Shown: positions 10,549 through 19,660 of the stretch, in pieces
How the letters are laid out: each line of letters starts with the position of its first letter
Position numbering within the stretch: the first letter of the stretch is position 1
From: Lysobacterales bacterium
Lineage (GTDB): Bacteria > Pseudomonadota > Gammaproteobacteria > Xanthomonadales > Ahniellaceae
DNA length: 64,000 nt
Assembly (NCBI GenBank): GCA_016182785.1
Contig: JACPFU010000024.1
Coordinates: 1-64,000 of the forward strand
Reading direction: 5' to 3'
Notes under the pieces: model-generated
Seen by the model: the letters and a program-made list of their open reading frames with translations, nothing else
Databases searched by the model: none
Told to the model about the DNA's origin: nothing
Translations under genes and position numbers: made by a program

Positions 10549-11361
10549 TCAACGCGCCAGCGCCGCAACCATGGCGATGCCCATCAGCAACAGCAGCAAC
10601 GCGAACGCGCGGTTGAGCTGGTGGTGGGCGAGGCGGTGCGCGAGCGCGGCGCCGTGGCGGGTCGCACGGGTGCTGCCGAGCGCGAGCAGCGCAGCGGCGG
10701 GCAGGTGGACGTAGCCGATGGCGCCGGTGGGCAAGGCGGTTTGGTTCGAGCCCGCAGCCAGGATGTAGCCGATGGCGGCCGCCAGCGCGACCGGCAGGCC
10801 GCAGGCGGCCGAGGTGCCGACGGCCCGCACCGCCGGTTGGCCGCGCCAGACCAGCAACGGCACCAGCATCGAACCGCCGCCGATGCCGACCAGGGCCGAG
10901 AGCGCGCCGATCGGCAGCGCGGCGGCGGTCAGGGTGGGCCCGATCGGAAGCGCGGCGTGTGCGGCCGGCGCCTGCTTGCGCGCGAGCAGCAGCGAGGTCG
11001 CGGTGACGAAGCAATAGGCCGCGAAGCCGATGCGCAGCCAGGCATCCGCGAGCACCCCGCCAAGCGCGGCACCGCCCAATCCGCCGAGCACCAGCCCGGG
11101 CGCCAGCCACGCCACCGCTGGCCACAGCACCGAGCCGCGGCGCGCATGCGCGCGGGTCGAGGCGATTGCGGTCAGCACGATGCAGGCGAGCGAAGTGGCG
11201 AGTGCCATGTGCATCACGTGCGCCGCGGGAACGCCGAGCAGCGGCAGCGCGAAGGCGAGCGCCGCAACCATGATCATGCCGCCGCCGATGCCAAACAGCC
11301 CGGCCAGGAATCCGGCCACGCCACCGACCGCGAGCGCGGCCATGATCAACGCGACGAGCAT
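10549..11361 (-). CDS. TauE/SafE (DUF81) family sulfite/anion exporter
   Basis: 270 aa polytopic membrane protein with two GIGGG(M/S) repeats typical of TauE/SafE. The long upstream ORF extension is a shadow of slt. Confidence 0.75.
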   Translation of the reverse strand: MLVALIMAALAVGGVAGFLAGLFGIGGGMIMVAALAFALPLLGVPAAHVMHMALATSLACIVLTAIASTRAHARRGSVLWPAVAWLAPGLVLGGLGGAALGGVLADAWLRIGFAAYCFVTATSLLLARKQAPAAHAALPIGPTLTAAALPIGALSALVGIGGGSMLVPLLVWRGQPAVRAVGTSAACGLPVALAAAIGYILAAGSNQTALPTGAIGYVHLPAAALLALGSTRATRHGAALAHRLAHHQLNRAFALLLLLMGIAMVAALAR

Positions 11362-11409
11362 CGGTGTTGTCACGCTTTTGGCCTGGGCGCTGGAACTAGA
11401 CTTGTGACC

Positions 11410-13386
11410 ATGAATCTCCGCATCGTTTCCGCGTGCATCGCGTTGTGCTTCGCCAGTGCCTTCGTCTCTGCCCAGAATGTCCCCGAACGCGCCCAGTTCC
11501 TGGTCGCGCACAAGCTCGCGAAGTCGGGGCTCGACTGGCGCAAGGCCGCGCCCGGGCTGGCATCGTATCCGCTGCTGCCCTACCTCGAACATGCGCAATT
11601 GATGCGCGTGCCGCGGCCGGCCGGCGACGCGCTCGCGGCCTTCATCGAGCGCCATGGCGACCAGCCGCTGACGCGACCGCTGCGCGCGATGCTGATCGCG
11701 CGACGGGTGCAAGCCGCCGACTGGGCCGGGGTGCGCGCACTCGACGTGCCGACGCTGGCGCTTGGCGAACGCTGCCAAGTGCATCGCGCTGCGATCGAAC
11801 TCGGTGATGGCGACGCGGTGCGCGACGCGGTGCAGGCGCTCTGGCTCAGCCCGCGCGCGCTGCCGAGCGCCTGCCACGCACTCGAGCGCTGGTTGCGGAC
11901 GCAGGGCGCGCTCGACGCCGAGCGCGTCTGGCAGCGCGTCGAACTGGCCGTGGCCGCGAGCCAGAGCGGGCTGCTGCGCACGCTCGCGGCCGAAGTCAGC
12001 GGTCGTGATCGCGTGGCGCTGCTGCATCTGGCCGACCTGCTCGCCGACGCCGGGCGCGCGCGTCGCGCCGCGAAGGGCTGGCCGGACGATGCCCCGCACC
12101 GGCGCGCGGTGATGCTCGGCCTGGTCCGCATCGCGGCACGCGACGATGCGCTCGCGAGCTCGCTGTGGCGCGAGTTCTCGGCGCGCTTGCGTTTCGACGA
12201 GGCGCAGAAGCACCGCGTGCTCGACGCCATCGCGCTGTATCGCGCCAACAGCTACGAGTCCGATGCCGCCGAGTGGCTTGAACTGTTGCCGCCCGGACAA
12301 GACAGCGCCGCCACGCGCGAGTGGCGTCTGCGCGAGGCGCTGGCGCGACGCGATCTCGCCGCCGCCGCGGCCGCGATCGAACGCTTCGACGCGACCCAGC
12401 TTGCCGATCCGCGCTGGCAATACTGGCGCGCGCGCGTTGCCGAGCTGCGCGGCGAGCACGCCGTCGCGGAAGCGCGCTATCGCGAACTGGCGAACTCGCC
12501 GACCTTCTTCGGTTTCCTCGCCGCCGAGCGCACCGGCCTGCCTTACGCGTTGTGCCCGCTGCTGCCGCCCGATGCTGGCGATGCCTCGAAGGCGCTGGCG
12601 GTGCCCGGTTTCGCGCGCGCCTTCGAGTTGCACGCGATCGGCTGGACGCGCGAGGCGCGACGCGAATGGGACGCCGCGCTGGCTGCCGCCGACACCGATC
12701 TGCGTCGCGCCGCGAGTGCCCTGGCGGCGCAGCGCGGCTGGCACGACCGCGCCCCGTTCGCGCTGACGGCGGGCGACGAGCTGCGCCTGTACGAATTGCG
12801 CTTCCCGCTCGCGCACCGCGATCTGGTCGTCGCCGCCGCGACCAGGCAATCGCTCTCGCCCGGCTTCGTGTTCGGCCTGATCCGTTCGGAGAGCGCCTGG
12901 GTCGAGGACGCGAAGTCGCATGCCAATGCCTACGGCTTGATGCAGCTGATCCCGGAAACCGCGCGGCGCATGGCCAAGGCCGAGAAGCGCCAGTTCGCGA
13001 ATCCGCTGGCGCTGTTCGATCCGGCGCTGAACGTGGCGCTCGGCACCCGCTACCTGTCGAGCGTGCTCGCGCGTTATCGCGGCGCGCACTGGCTCGCCGC
13101 GGCCGCGTACAACGCCGGACCGGTTCGCGTCGACCAGTGGCTGACGCAGCGCGGGCACCTCGAAGCGGACCTGTTCATCGAGACCATCCCGTTCAAGGAG
13201 ACGCGCGAGTACGTGGCGCGGGTGCTGGCGTTCGCGCTGATCTACGACTGGCGCCTGCACGGCCGTGCGTTCTCGCTCGACTACGCGCTGTCGCGCGCCG
13301 CGACGCCGCCGCCACAACGACGCGCGGTCGCCTGTCCGGTGTCGGCAGCGAGCGCCGCCGCGGCGGCAGTCACCACGAAACCCTGA
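11410..13386 (+). CDS. slt: soluble lytic murein transglycosylase (Slt70-like)
   Basis: Signal peptide, superhelical TPR-like body, and a C-terminal lysozyme-like domain with the catalytic ES motif (GLIRSESAW, YGLMQLIPETA, AAYNAGP). Confidence 0.85.
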   Translation: MNLRIVSACIALCFASAFVSAQNVPERAQFLVAHKLAKSGLDWRKAAPGLASYPLLPYLEHAQLMRVPRPAGDALAAFIERHGDQPLTRPLRAMLIARRVQAADWAGVRALDVPTLALGERCQVHRAAIELGDGDAVRDAVQALWLSPRALPSACHALERWLRTQGALDAERVWQRVELAVAASQSGLLRTLAAEVSGRDRVALLHLADLLADAGRARRAAKGWPDDAPHRRAVMLGLVRIAARDDALASSLWREFSARLRFDEAQKHRVLDAIALYRANSYESDAAEWLELLPPGQDSAATREWRLREALARRDLAAAAAAIERFDATQLADPRWQYWRARVAELRGEHAVAEARYRELANSPTFFGFLAAERTGLPYALCPLLPPDAGDASKALAVPGFARAFELHAIGWTREARREWDAALAAADTDLRRAASALAAQRGWHDRAPFALTAGDELRLYELRFPLAHRDLVVAAATRQSLSPGFVFGLIRSESAWVEDAKSHANAYGLMQLIPETARRMAKAEKRQFANPLALFDPALNVALGTRYLSSVLARYRGAHWLAAAAYNAGPVRVDQWLTQRGHLEADLFIETIPFKETREYVARVLAFALIYDWRLHGRAFSLDYALSRAATPPPQRRAVACPVSAASAAAAAVTTKP

Positions 13387-13430
13387 CGCCACCGGCGCCA
13401 GCCTTGCAACCCCAGACCTCGGAGCCCGGC

Positions 13431-14342
13431 ATGCGCATCGTGATTCTCGGCGGCAGTGGCTTCGTCGGCACCGCCTTGCTGCGTCGTCTCGCCCGCGACG
13501 GCCACGAACTCGTGGTGCCGACGCGCAATCGCAGCCGACATCGCGAACTGGCGCTTCGCACGCGCGTGCAGGTGGCTGAGGGCGATGTCTTCGACCGCGA
13601 CTGGCTGGCGCGCCAGTTCGACGGGGCCGACGCGGTAATCCACCTGGTCGGCATCCTCAACGAATCCGGCATCGGCGGTGCCGGTGGCCGCGAGTTCGAA
13701 CGCGCACACGTGCAATTGACTGCGGCCGTGATCGACGCCTGCGCGCTCGCCCGGGTGCCGCGCCTGTTGCAGATGAGCGCGCTGAACGCCGGCTCCGGTT
13801 GCAGCCACTACCTGCGCACGCGCGGCGCAGCCGAGGCCTTGCTGCGTGCGAGCGCGCTGCGCTGGACGCTGTTCCGGCCCTCGGTGATCTTCGGACCTGG
13901 CGATGGGCTGTTCTGCCGCTTCGCGCAACTGTTGCGACTGACGCCGGTGATGCCGCTGGGCGCGGCGCGCGCACGTTTCCAGCCGGTTGCCGTCGAAGAC
14001 GTCGCCGAGGCGTTCGCGGTCGCGCTGCAGCGCCCCGACAGCATCGGCCAGGTCTACGAACTCGGTGGCCCGGAAGTGGTCACGCTCGCCGAAATCGTCG
14101 CCCGCTGCGCGCGCTGGCTCGGGCTGCGTCGGTTCGTCGTCGCGCTTCCCCATCCCATCGGCTGGCTGCAGGCAGCAACGTTCGGGCTGTGGCCGTTCGC
14201 CAACAAGCCGCTCTCGCTCGACAACTTCCACTCCCTCGCCCTCGATTCGGTGCTCACCGCCGAGGACGGCCTGCATCGCCTCGGCATCGCCAAGACACCG
14301 ATGGCCCGCGTCATGCCCGAGGTACTACGACCGCGCGGCTGA
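13431..14342 (+). CDS. NAD(P)-binding SDR / complex I NDUFA9-like epimerase-dehydratase family protein
   Basis: N-terminal GGSGFVG Rossmann motif, ~300 aa. Family assignment is by overall similarity pattern. Confidence 0.7.
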   Translation: MRIVILGGSGFVGTALLRRLARDGHELVVPTRNRSRHRELALRTRVQVAEGDVFDRDWLARQFDGADAVIHLVGILNESGIGGAGGREFERAHVQLTAAVIDACALARVPRLLQMSALNAGSGCSHYLRTRGAAEALLRASALRWTLFRPSVIFGPGDGLFCRFAQLLRLTPVMPLGAARARFQPVAVEDVAEAFAVALQRPDSIGQVYELGGPEVVTLAEIVARCARWLGLRRFVVALPHPIGWLQAATFGLWPFANKPLSLDNFHSLALDSVLTAEDGLHRLGIAKTPMARVMPEVLRPRG

Positions 14343-14346
14343 TCAA

Positions 14347-15237
14347 TCAGGCCTGGAGCTTGCGATCGCTGCAGAAGCTGCGCTCGACGCCACGGATCGG
14401 ATCGATGAACGACAGGCGCCTGGCCAACAACTGCAGGGGCGCCGAGTAGTCGCCCGCCTCGCGCTGGCGCAGTGTCGGATACATCCAGTCGTTGACGATC
14501 GGCGCGCCCAGCGCGGCCAGGTGCACGCGCAGCTGGTGCTTGCGGCCGGTGATCGGCCTCAGCGCATAGCGCCAGTTGCCGCCAATGCGCGCGAGCACGT
14601 CGATGCGGGTTTCGCTGTTCGCCGGACCGAGGATCTCCTGCATGCGGAAGAACGGTTCGCCGGCAACCATTCGGCTGCAACGGATGCAGGGAAATCCGAG
14701 GTCGGGCAATGCCGGTGCAATCGCCTCGTACTCCTTTTCGATCCGCCGCTCGCGAAACAGTGCCTGGTAACGCGCGCGGCTTTGCGGGTTGACCGAGAAC
14801 AACACCAAGCCTGCCGTGTCGCGATCGATCCGGTGCAGCGGCGCGAGCGCATGGTTTCCGGTGCGGCGGATCAAGCGGCCGAGCAGGGTTTCATGGACAT
14901 GCGCCCCGGCCGGCGTCACCGGCAGGAAATGCGGCTTGTCCGCGACCAGCAAGTCGGCATCGGCATGCAGCACCGCTTCCGCGAACGGGACCAACGCCTC
15001 GTCGGGAACCTCGCGGTAGTAATGCACTTCGAGCCCGACCCGATACGCCGTCTCCGGCGTCACCGATTGCCCATCGCCATCGACGACTCGCCCTCGTGCC
15101 ATTCGTTCCAGCCATTGCCAACGCGCCACCGCCGGAAACCGCGCGCACAGGCCATCCAGCACCGTCGCCCACGCCCCCGGCGGCAATTGCAGCGTGCTGG
15201 CCACAAGTCCATCAATGCTCGGAGGGCGCTTTCGCAT
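14347..15237 (-). CDS. RluA-family pseudouridine synthase
   Basis: RluA catalytic motif HRIDRDTAGLVLF and a conserved C-terminal region. It is convergent with the SDR gene, with a 4-nt gap. Confidence 0.8.
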   Translation of the reverse strand: MRKRPPSIDGLVASTLQLPPGAWATVLDGLCARFPAVARWQWLERMARGRVVDGDGQSVTPETAYRVGLEVHYYREVPDEALVPFAEAVLHADADLLVADKPHFLPVTPAGAHVHETLLGRLIRRTGNHALAPLHRIDRDTAGLVLFSVNPQSRARYQALFRERRIEKEYEAIAPALPDLGFPCIRCSRMVAGEPFFRMQEILGPANSETRIDVLARIGGNWRYALRPITGRKHQLRVHLAALGAPIVNDWMYPTLRQREAGDYSAPLQLLARRLSFIDPIRGVERSFCSDRKLQA

Positions 15238-15390
15238 GCCGGCAGTGTGCCAGCCGTGCGCCGGTCTGCGGCAATGCTGGCGGGAACCTCTGCGTGTGGC
15301 CGATTGCGCTGGTCCGTCGCGGTATCGACGTTCTTGCCTGCCTCCGGTCCAGGACGCATAGTGCTTCCGACGCGAATGGACGGGTGTTGT

Positions 15391-16488
15391 ATGGATATCG
15401 AATCACTCTCTCGACAGCACCGCAATCACATCCTGTTCGAGTGCGTTTCCGGCAGTCGCGCCTATGGCACCAGCAATGACGAGAGCGACACCGACATCCG
15501 CGGCGTGTTCGCGCAGCTCGCGGCCGAGTTTATCTCTCTGTCGCCGCCGTCGGCATTGATCGCCGACGAACGCCACAACACCGTCTACTACAGCCTGCGT
15601 CGCACGCTGGAGTTGCTGGCGAGCGCGAACCCGAACATTCTCGAACTGCTGTACATGCCCGAGGACTGCGTTCGCATCGATACGCCGGATATGCGCCAAT
15701 TGCGGGCACGTCGCGCGATGTTCATCACCCGCCAATGCGCCGACACCCACATCGGCTATGCCTTCAGCCAGATCAAGAAAGCCAAGGGTCAGAACAAGTG
15801 GATCAACCAGCCGAAGCCGGAGAAGCCGCCGAGCAAGGAGGACTTCTGCCATGTGCTGACACGCGACGCCTTGTCCGCCGGCAGCGGCATCCCGTGTCGC
15901 CCGGTTCCGTTGGCGCGCAGCGGCGTCGACCTGTCGCGATGCCATGCCGCACGGCTGGAACATGCGCAGGATGTCTTCCGCCTTTACGACTACGGTGCCG
16001 ACGCTCGCGGTGTCTTCCGCGGCGACACCATCGCGCTCGGCTCGATTCCGATCGAGGACGAGGCCGCGTGCTTCGTCGGGCTGCTGCTGTACAACGAACG
16101 CGCCTGGCGGCAGGCGATGGACGACCATCGCAACTACTGGACCTGGCGGGCCGAGCGCAACGAAGCGCGCTGGCGCCAGCAGGAGTCCGGCGAGCTCGAC
16201 TACGACGCCAAGAACCTGATGCACACGATCCGCCTGCTCAAGTCCGGCCAGTCGATCCTGGAGCACGGCGCACCCATCGTGCGCTTCGAGGGTGCCGACC
16301 GCGCATTGCTGCTCGACATCCGCAACGGTCGCTACCCCTATGACCAGATCATGCAGATGGCCGAGGACATCAAGACGCGCTGCGCCGCATTGCGCGACCG
16401 TGCCGATCTGCCCGAGTCTTGCGCGCCGACGCAGGCCGAACGTCTATTGCGCGATCTGACCCAAAGCTGGGAGCGCCGATGTCCGTGA
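15391..16488 (+). CDS. Pol-beta superfamily nucleotidyltransferase (PF10127-like, RNA-repair-associated type), copy 1
   Basis: NTase motif GSRAYGTSNDESDTDIRGVF (GS...DxD), 365 aa. Its stop overlaps the next gene's start by 10 nt. Confidence 0.65.
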   Translation: MDIESLSRQHRNHILFECVSGSRAYGTSNDESDTDIRGVFAQLAAEFISLSPPSALIADERHNTVYYSLRRTLELLASANPNILELLYMPEDCVRIDTPDMRQLRARRAMFITRQCADTHIGYAFSQIKKAKGQNKWINQPKPEKPPSKEDFCHVLTRDALSAGSGIPCRPVPLARSGVDLSRCHAARLEHAQDVFRLYDYGADARGVFRGDTIALGSIPIEDEAACFVGLLLYNERAWRQAMDDHRNYWTWRAERNEARWRQQESGELDYDAKNLMHTIRLLKSGQSILEHGAPIVRFEGADRALLLDIRNGRYPYDQIMQMAEDIKTRCAALRDRADLPESCAPTQAERLLRDLTQSWERRCP

Positions 16489-17255
16489 CCGATGCCATCC
16501 AGCAAGCGATCGCCGACATCGAGGCGAAGCACGACGTGCGCGTGCTGTTCGCGGCCGAGTCCGGTTCGCGCGCCTGGGGCTTCGCCTCCCCCGACAGCGA
16601 CTACGACGTGCGCTTCATCTACGTACATCGACCGGACTGGTACATCGGCATCGGCGAACCGCGCGACGTCATCGAAGCGATGCTGCCCGGCGACCTCGAT
16701 CTGTCCGGCTGGGACCTGAGGAAAACACTGCGACTCTTCCAGCGCTGCAACCTCGCGTTGAACGAATGGCTGGGCTCGCCCATCGTCTATTCCGAACGCG
16801 GCGACTTGGCACAACGCCTGCGCGTGCTGCTGCCGTCGGCATTCCGCGCGCCTGCCGGATATCACCACTACCTGAGCATGGCCCAAGGCGTATTCAACGA
16901 CCATCTGGCGCACGATCCGGTGCGCCTGAAGAAGGTGTTCTATGTGTTGCGTCCCTTGCTCGCCTGCCGGTGGATCGCCGCTTCCGGCACGCAACCGCCG
17001 ACCGAGTTCGATCGCCTGGTCGCCGCTGATTGGGTCCGTGCCGACGAACGCGACATGATCGCGCGCCTGCTGGCGGCCAAGGCCGATGCGAGCGAAGCGC
17101 ATCACACGCCGCTCGATGCGGCCACGCGCATCTGGTTCGAGCAGGAAGTGATCGCGGCACAAGCGGCAGCAGCGAAGATCCGGTCGACGTCATCCCTCGA
17201 AGCCGCGACCCTCGATCAACTGCTGCGCGACAGCCTTCGAGCCTGCTGGGATTGA
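16479..17255 (+). CDS. Pol-beta superfamily nucleotidyltransferase (PF10127-like), copy 2
   Basis: ESGSRAWGFASPDSDYDVRFIY motif, 258 aa, a paralogue of the upstream gene. It is translationally coupled to copy 1 (ATG inside the upstream stop region). Confidence 0.65.
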   Translation: MSVTDAIQQAIADIEAKHDVRVLFAAESGSRAWGFASPDSDYDVRFIYVHRPDWYIGIGEPRDVIEAMLPGDLDLSGWDLRKTLRLFQRCNLALNEWLGSPIVYSERGDLAQRLRVLLPSAFRAPAGYHHYLSMAQGVFNDHLAHDPVRLKKVFYVLRPLLACRWIAASGTQPPTEFDRLVAADWVRADERDMIARLLAAKADASEAHHTPLDAATRIWFEQEVIAAQAAAAKIRSTSSLEAATLDQLLRDSLRACWD

Positions 17256-17339
17256 GTCTGCGTGCGCATCGCGGCGATCACTCGATGTGCCTTCGATCGT
17301 TCATGCGTGGCCGCTGGTCGGTCGTGATGAATGAGGTGT

Positions 17340-17367
17340 TGACATGCACGCGCGAATGCATACGATG
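17340..17367 (+). promoter_or_regulatory. sigma70-like promoter (TTGACA-16 nt-TACGAT)
   Basis: Perfect -35 TTGACA at 17340-17345, a 16-nt spacer, then -10 TACGAT at 17362-17367. No protein-coding gene lies downstream before a strong terminator. Confidence 0.3.
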
Positions 17368-17374
17368 CGCGCCC

Positions 17375-17578
17375 TGTGCAGGAACCCTTGTCCTGCGGTC
17401 GAGCCACCATGTTGCAGTCGTATCTGCCATCGCTGAATCACGCCGGACCGAAATCCGGTCACGGCGCGGCGTGTGCGATTCGCACGTTCGCCATGCCCCT
17501 TTGACCTCGCCGCGTTGATGCAGGCGAGTCGCCTGCGTCGTTGAAGACACGACAACCCGCAGGCAGCGGGTTTTTTTG
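17375..17578 (+). ncRNA. candidate ~200-nt structured small RNA (promoter to intrinsic terminator)
   Basis: Runs from the predicted TSS to the terminator. It contains several stem-loops (GCAGGCG-AGT-CGCCTGC; GTCG-ttgaagaca-CGAC). There is only a 32-codon ORF with no RBS. No known RNA family was recognised by eye. Confidence 0.3.
17554..17578 (+). terminator. rho-independent terminator
   Basis: AACCCGC-AGGCA-GCGGGTT stem-loop followed by the T7 run (GCGGGTTTTTTTG). Confidence 0.55.
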
Positions 17579-17791
17579 TGTCTGCGTTTCGGAGCACGCA
17601 TATCTCCGTTCACGATTATCGGCTTGTCGCAGTGGCGCGCATCGCAGGGAACGCGGTGTTGCCTGCTGCGACGGCCGTCCCCCTGGTTTTGTTTGTTGAT
17701 CGCGCTGTCGCGATAGCCGCATTTCCGCGGCCTGGCGGCACCGGCCCTGCCGTCTGCCGTACCTCGGTGTGATCAGCAACAAGATCGGTCT

Positions 17792-17930
17792 GGCGAACGA
17801 GCTTCATGGTGAAGCGCCGGCAACGGAGAGGAGGGTTCGATTCCCTTGTTCGTCCACCACTGGATCGCTCAGCGGTAGAGCACTCGAAGTGGATTCGAGG
17901 TACGCGGGTTCGAATCCCGCTCCATCACCC
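17792..17930 (+). other. two tandem degenerate tRNA-like / tmRNA-3'-end-like fragments (integration-site scars?)
   Basis: Fragment 1 (17792-17859, 68 nt) has a pairing acceptor stem GGCGAAC/GTTCGTC, D-arm GCTT-CATGGTG-AAGC and T-arm GAGGG-TTCGATT-CCCTT, then CCACCA, but lacks a proper anticodon arm. Fragment 2 ends ACGCGGGTTCGAATCCCGCTCCATCACC, which closely resembles a tmRNA/tRNA 3' end, but its acceptor stem does not pair. Confidence 0.4.
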
Positions 17931-18282
17931 TGTCACGGTGAACAAGAACGGGCGCAAGCCCACAACCGGGCGAGCAATCGCCCATCCGGGAAATCGCGGT
18001 GTCGCGGATTCAGAGCATCGAATGCGCGAACACAGCCGGGAAGCGCCCTGTGCGTCGAACCCGTGCCGCGCGACACGCTGCCCGCGCAGCCAACGCCCCG
18101 TGCCGACGCAGTTCATCGGTACGCGCCCTGGCCAGCGATGCAGTGCATCGACGCCGCACGCTCGTCGTCCGCGACTTTTCGGTGCGAGGCCCCGGACCCA
18201 TCGCTTCGCAGGCCCATCCGGGACTGCAACCCAAGGCCGCCGTGGGTGGAACGTGCGGCTCAACACGAGAAAGGAGACCACC

Positions 18283-19422
18283 ATGTTGTACCTGAAGCGT
18301 TTGATGATCGACCCGAGCCAGCGCGGCCTGATGTTCGTCGACGGCGAACTGAAGGCGGTCCTGCAGCCGGGCAAACACAACATCGTCCAGTGGCGTCGTC
18401 AGCTGCGCGTTGACCTGATCAACGTCGGCACCGGTGAGTTCGTCGTGCCGAATGCCGAATTCCTGATGCGCACGGCCGGCGATGTGCTGGCGCCGCACGT
18501 CGAGCAGATCGACATCGGCGACGCCGAAGTTGGTCTCGTGTACCGCGAGGACCGACTGGTCGGCATGCTGGCAGCAGGTGCGCGCAAGTACTTCTGGCGT
18601 GCGCCCTGGCGCATCGAGGTGAAGCGTCAGGCGCTCGGCGAGCAGTTCCGCATGGATGCGGCGTTGATCGCGACCCTGATCCAGCCGCAGAACGCGAAGT
18701 TGCTGGCCGAAATGACCACTGCGCTCGTGCTCAAGGAAGTGCCGGAGTCGGCGGTCGGCCTGCTCGTCGTCAACGGCCAGGTGACCGAGCTCTTGAAGCC
18801 GGGCTTGCACGGTTTCTGGAAGCTTGGCCGAATGCTGAGCGTCGAGGTCGTCGATGCGCGTTTGCAGGCGATGGATGTCCAGGGCCAGGAAATCCTGAGC
18901 AAGGACAAGGTCAGCCTGCGCCTGAACGTTGCCGCCAGCTTTCGTATCGCCGACGCGCTGCGCATGCGTGGCGCGGTGGTCGACTGGAAGGACACGGTCT
19001 ATCGCGAACTGCAATTCGGTTTGCGCCAGGCCGTCGGCACGCGCACGCTCGACACCTTGCTCGCGAACAAGGGTGAATTGGACGAGGCCATCCTCGGCTA
19101 TGCCTCCCCGCGGCTCGCGACGCTTGGCATTGAGCTGGTCAATGCCGGCGTCAAGGACGTGATCTTGCCGGGCGAGATGAAGGCATTGATGAACCAGGTG
19201 GTCGAGGCCGAGAAGGCGGCACAGGCCAACCTGATCAAGCGACGTGAAGAGACCGCGGCCACGCGCAACTTGCTGAACACCGCCAAGTTGCTCGAGGACA
19301 ACCCGGTGCTGTTGCGGTTGAAGGAATTGGAGACCTTGGAGAAGGTCACCGAGAAGATCGACCGCCTCACCGTCTTCGGTGGTCTGGAGGGCGTCATGAA
19401 GCAGCTGGTCAGTCTGAAGTGA
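18283..19422 (+). CDS. SPFH/band-7 (stomatin/HflKC-like) domain protein
   Basis: 379 aa, strong RBS AAGGAG. Duplicated SPFH-like segments and a C-terminal coiled-coil region (EAEKAAQANLIKRREETAATRNLLNTAKLLEDNPVLLRLKELETLEKV). Confidence 0.7.
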   Translation: MLYLKRLMIDPSQRGLMFVDGELKAVLQPGKHNIVQWRRQLRVDLINVGTGEFVVPNAEFLMRTAGDVLAPHVEQIDIGDAEVGLVYREDRLVGMLAAGARKYFWRAPWRIEVKRQALGEQFRMDAALIATLIQPQNAKLLAEMTTALVLKEVPESAVGLLVVNGQVTELLKPGLHGFWKLGRMLSVEVVDARLQAMDVQGQEILSKDKVSLRLNVAASFRIADALRMRGAVVDWKDTVYRELQFGLRQAVGTRTLDTLLANKGELDEAILGYASPRLATLGIELVNAGVKDVILPGEMKALMNQVVEAEKAAQANLIKRREETAATRNLLNTAKLLEDNPVLLRLKELETLEKVTEKIDRLTVFGGLEGVMKQLVSLK

Positions 19423-19660
19423 CCACGCCGGGGGCAGCGATGCCCTCGGCGTTCTTCTTGTTGGGCCGCGCGATCGACCAGAAGCGGACTTTGTCCGAAT
19501 GGGCAAGATTCTGCGGACGGACCGGGAAAAAGCGTGTCGAGCAACGCCAAGGCGCAAGGTCACGGGGCCGGCTCCCAAAGCCGGAAAGCTCTGCGCGGAA
19601 AAAATGGATCGAACTGCGCGATCCGCTCAGCTACGGCAGGAATTACCGCTCGGATAACGG

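Noticed and set aside
17410-17508. 32-codon ORF (MLQSYLPSLNHAGPKSGHGAACAIRTFAMPL) inside the sRNA candidate.
   Set aside because: No RBS, no recognisable peptide family. The region is better explained as structured RNA.
17290-17930. Possibility that the region is an intact tmRNA (ssrA), RNase P RNA or 6S RNA, or that the second tRNA-like element is a functional tRNA-Pro.
   Set aside because: No tag-peptide reading frame (no ANDENYALAA-like ORF), no RNase P conserved blocks (GGAAAGTCCGG, GGTGCGGTAAGAGCGCACC). The tRNA-like elements have non-pairing acceptor stems or a missing anticodon arm, and position 33 is G. Only the 3'-end similarity to tmRNA/tRNA is retained.
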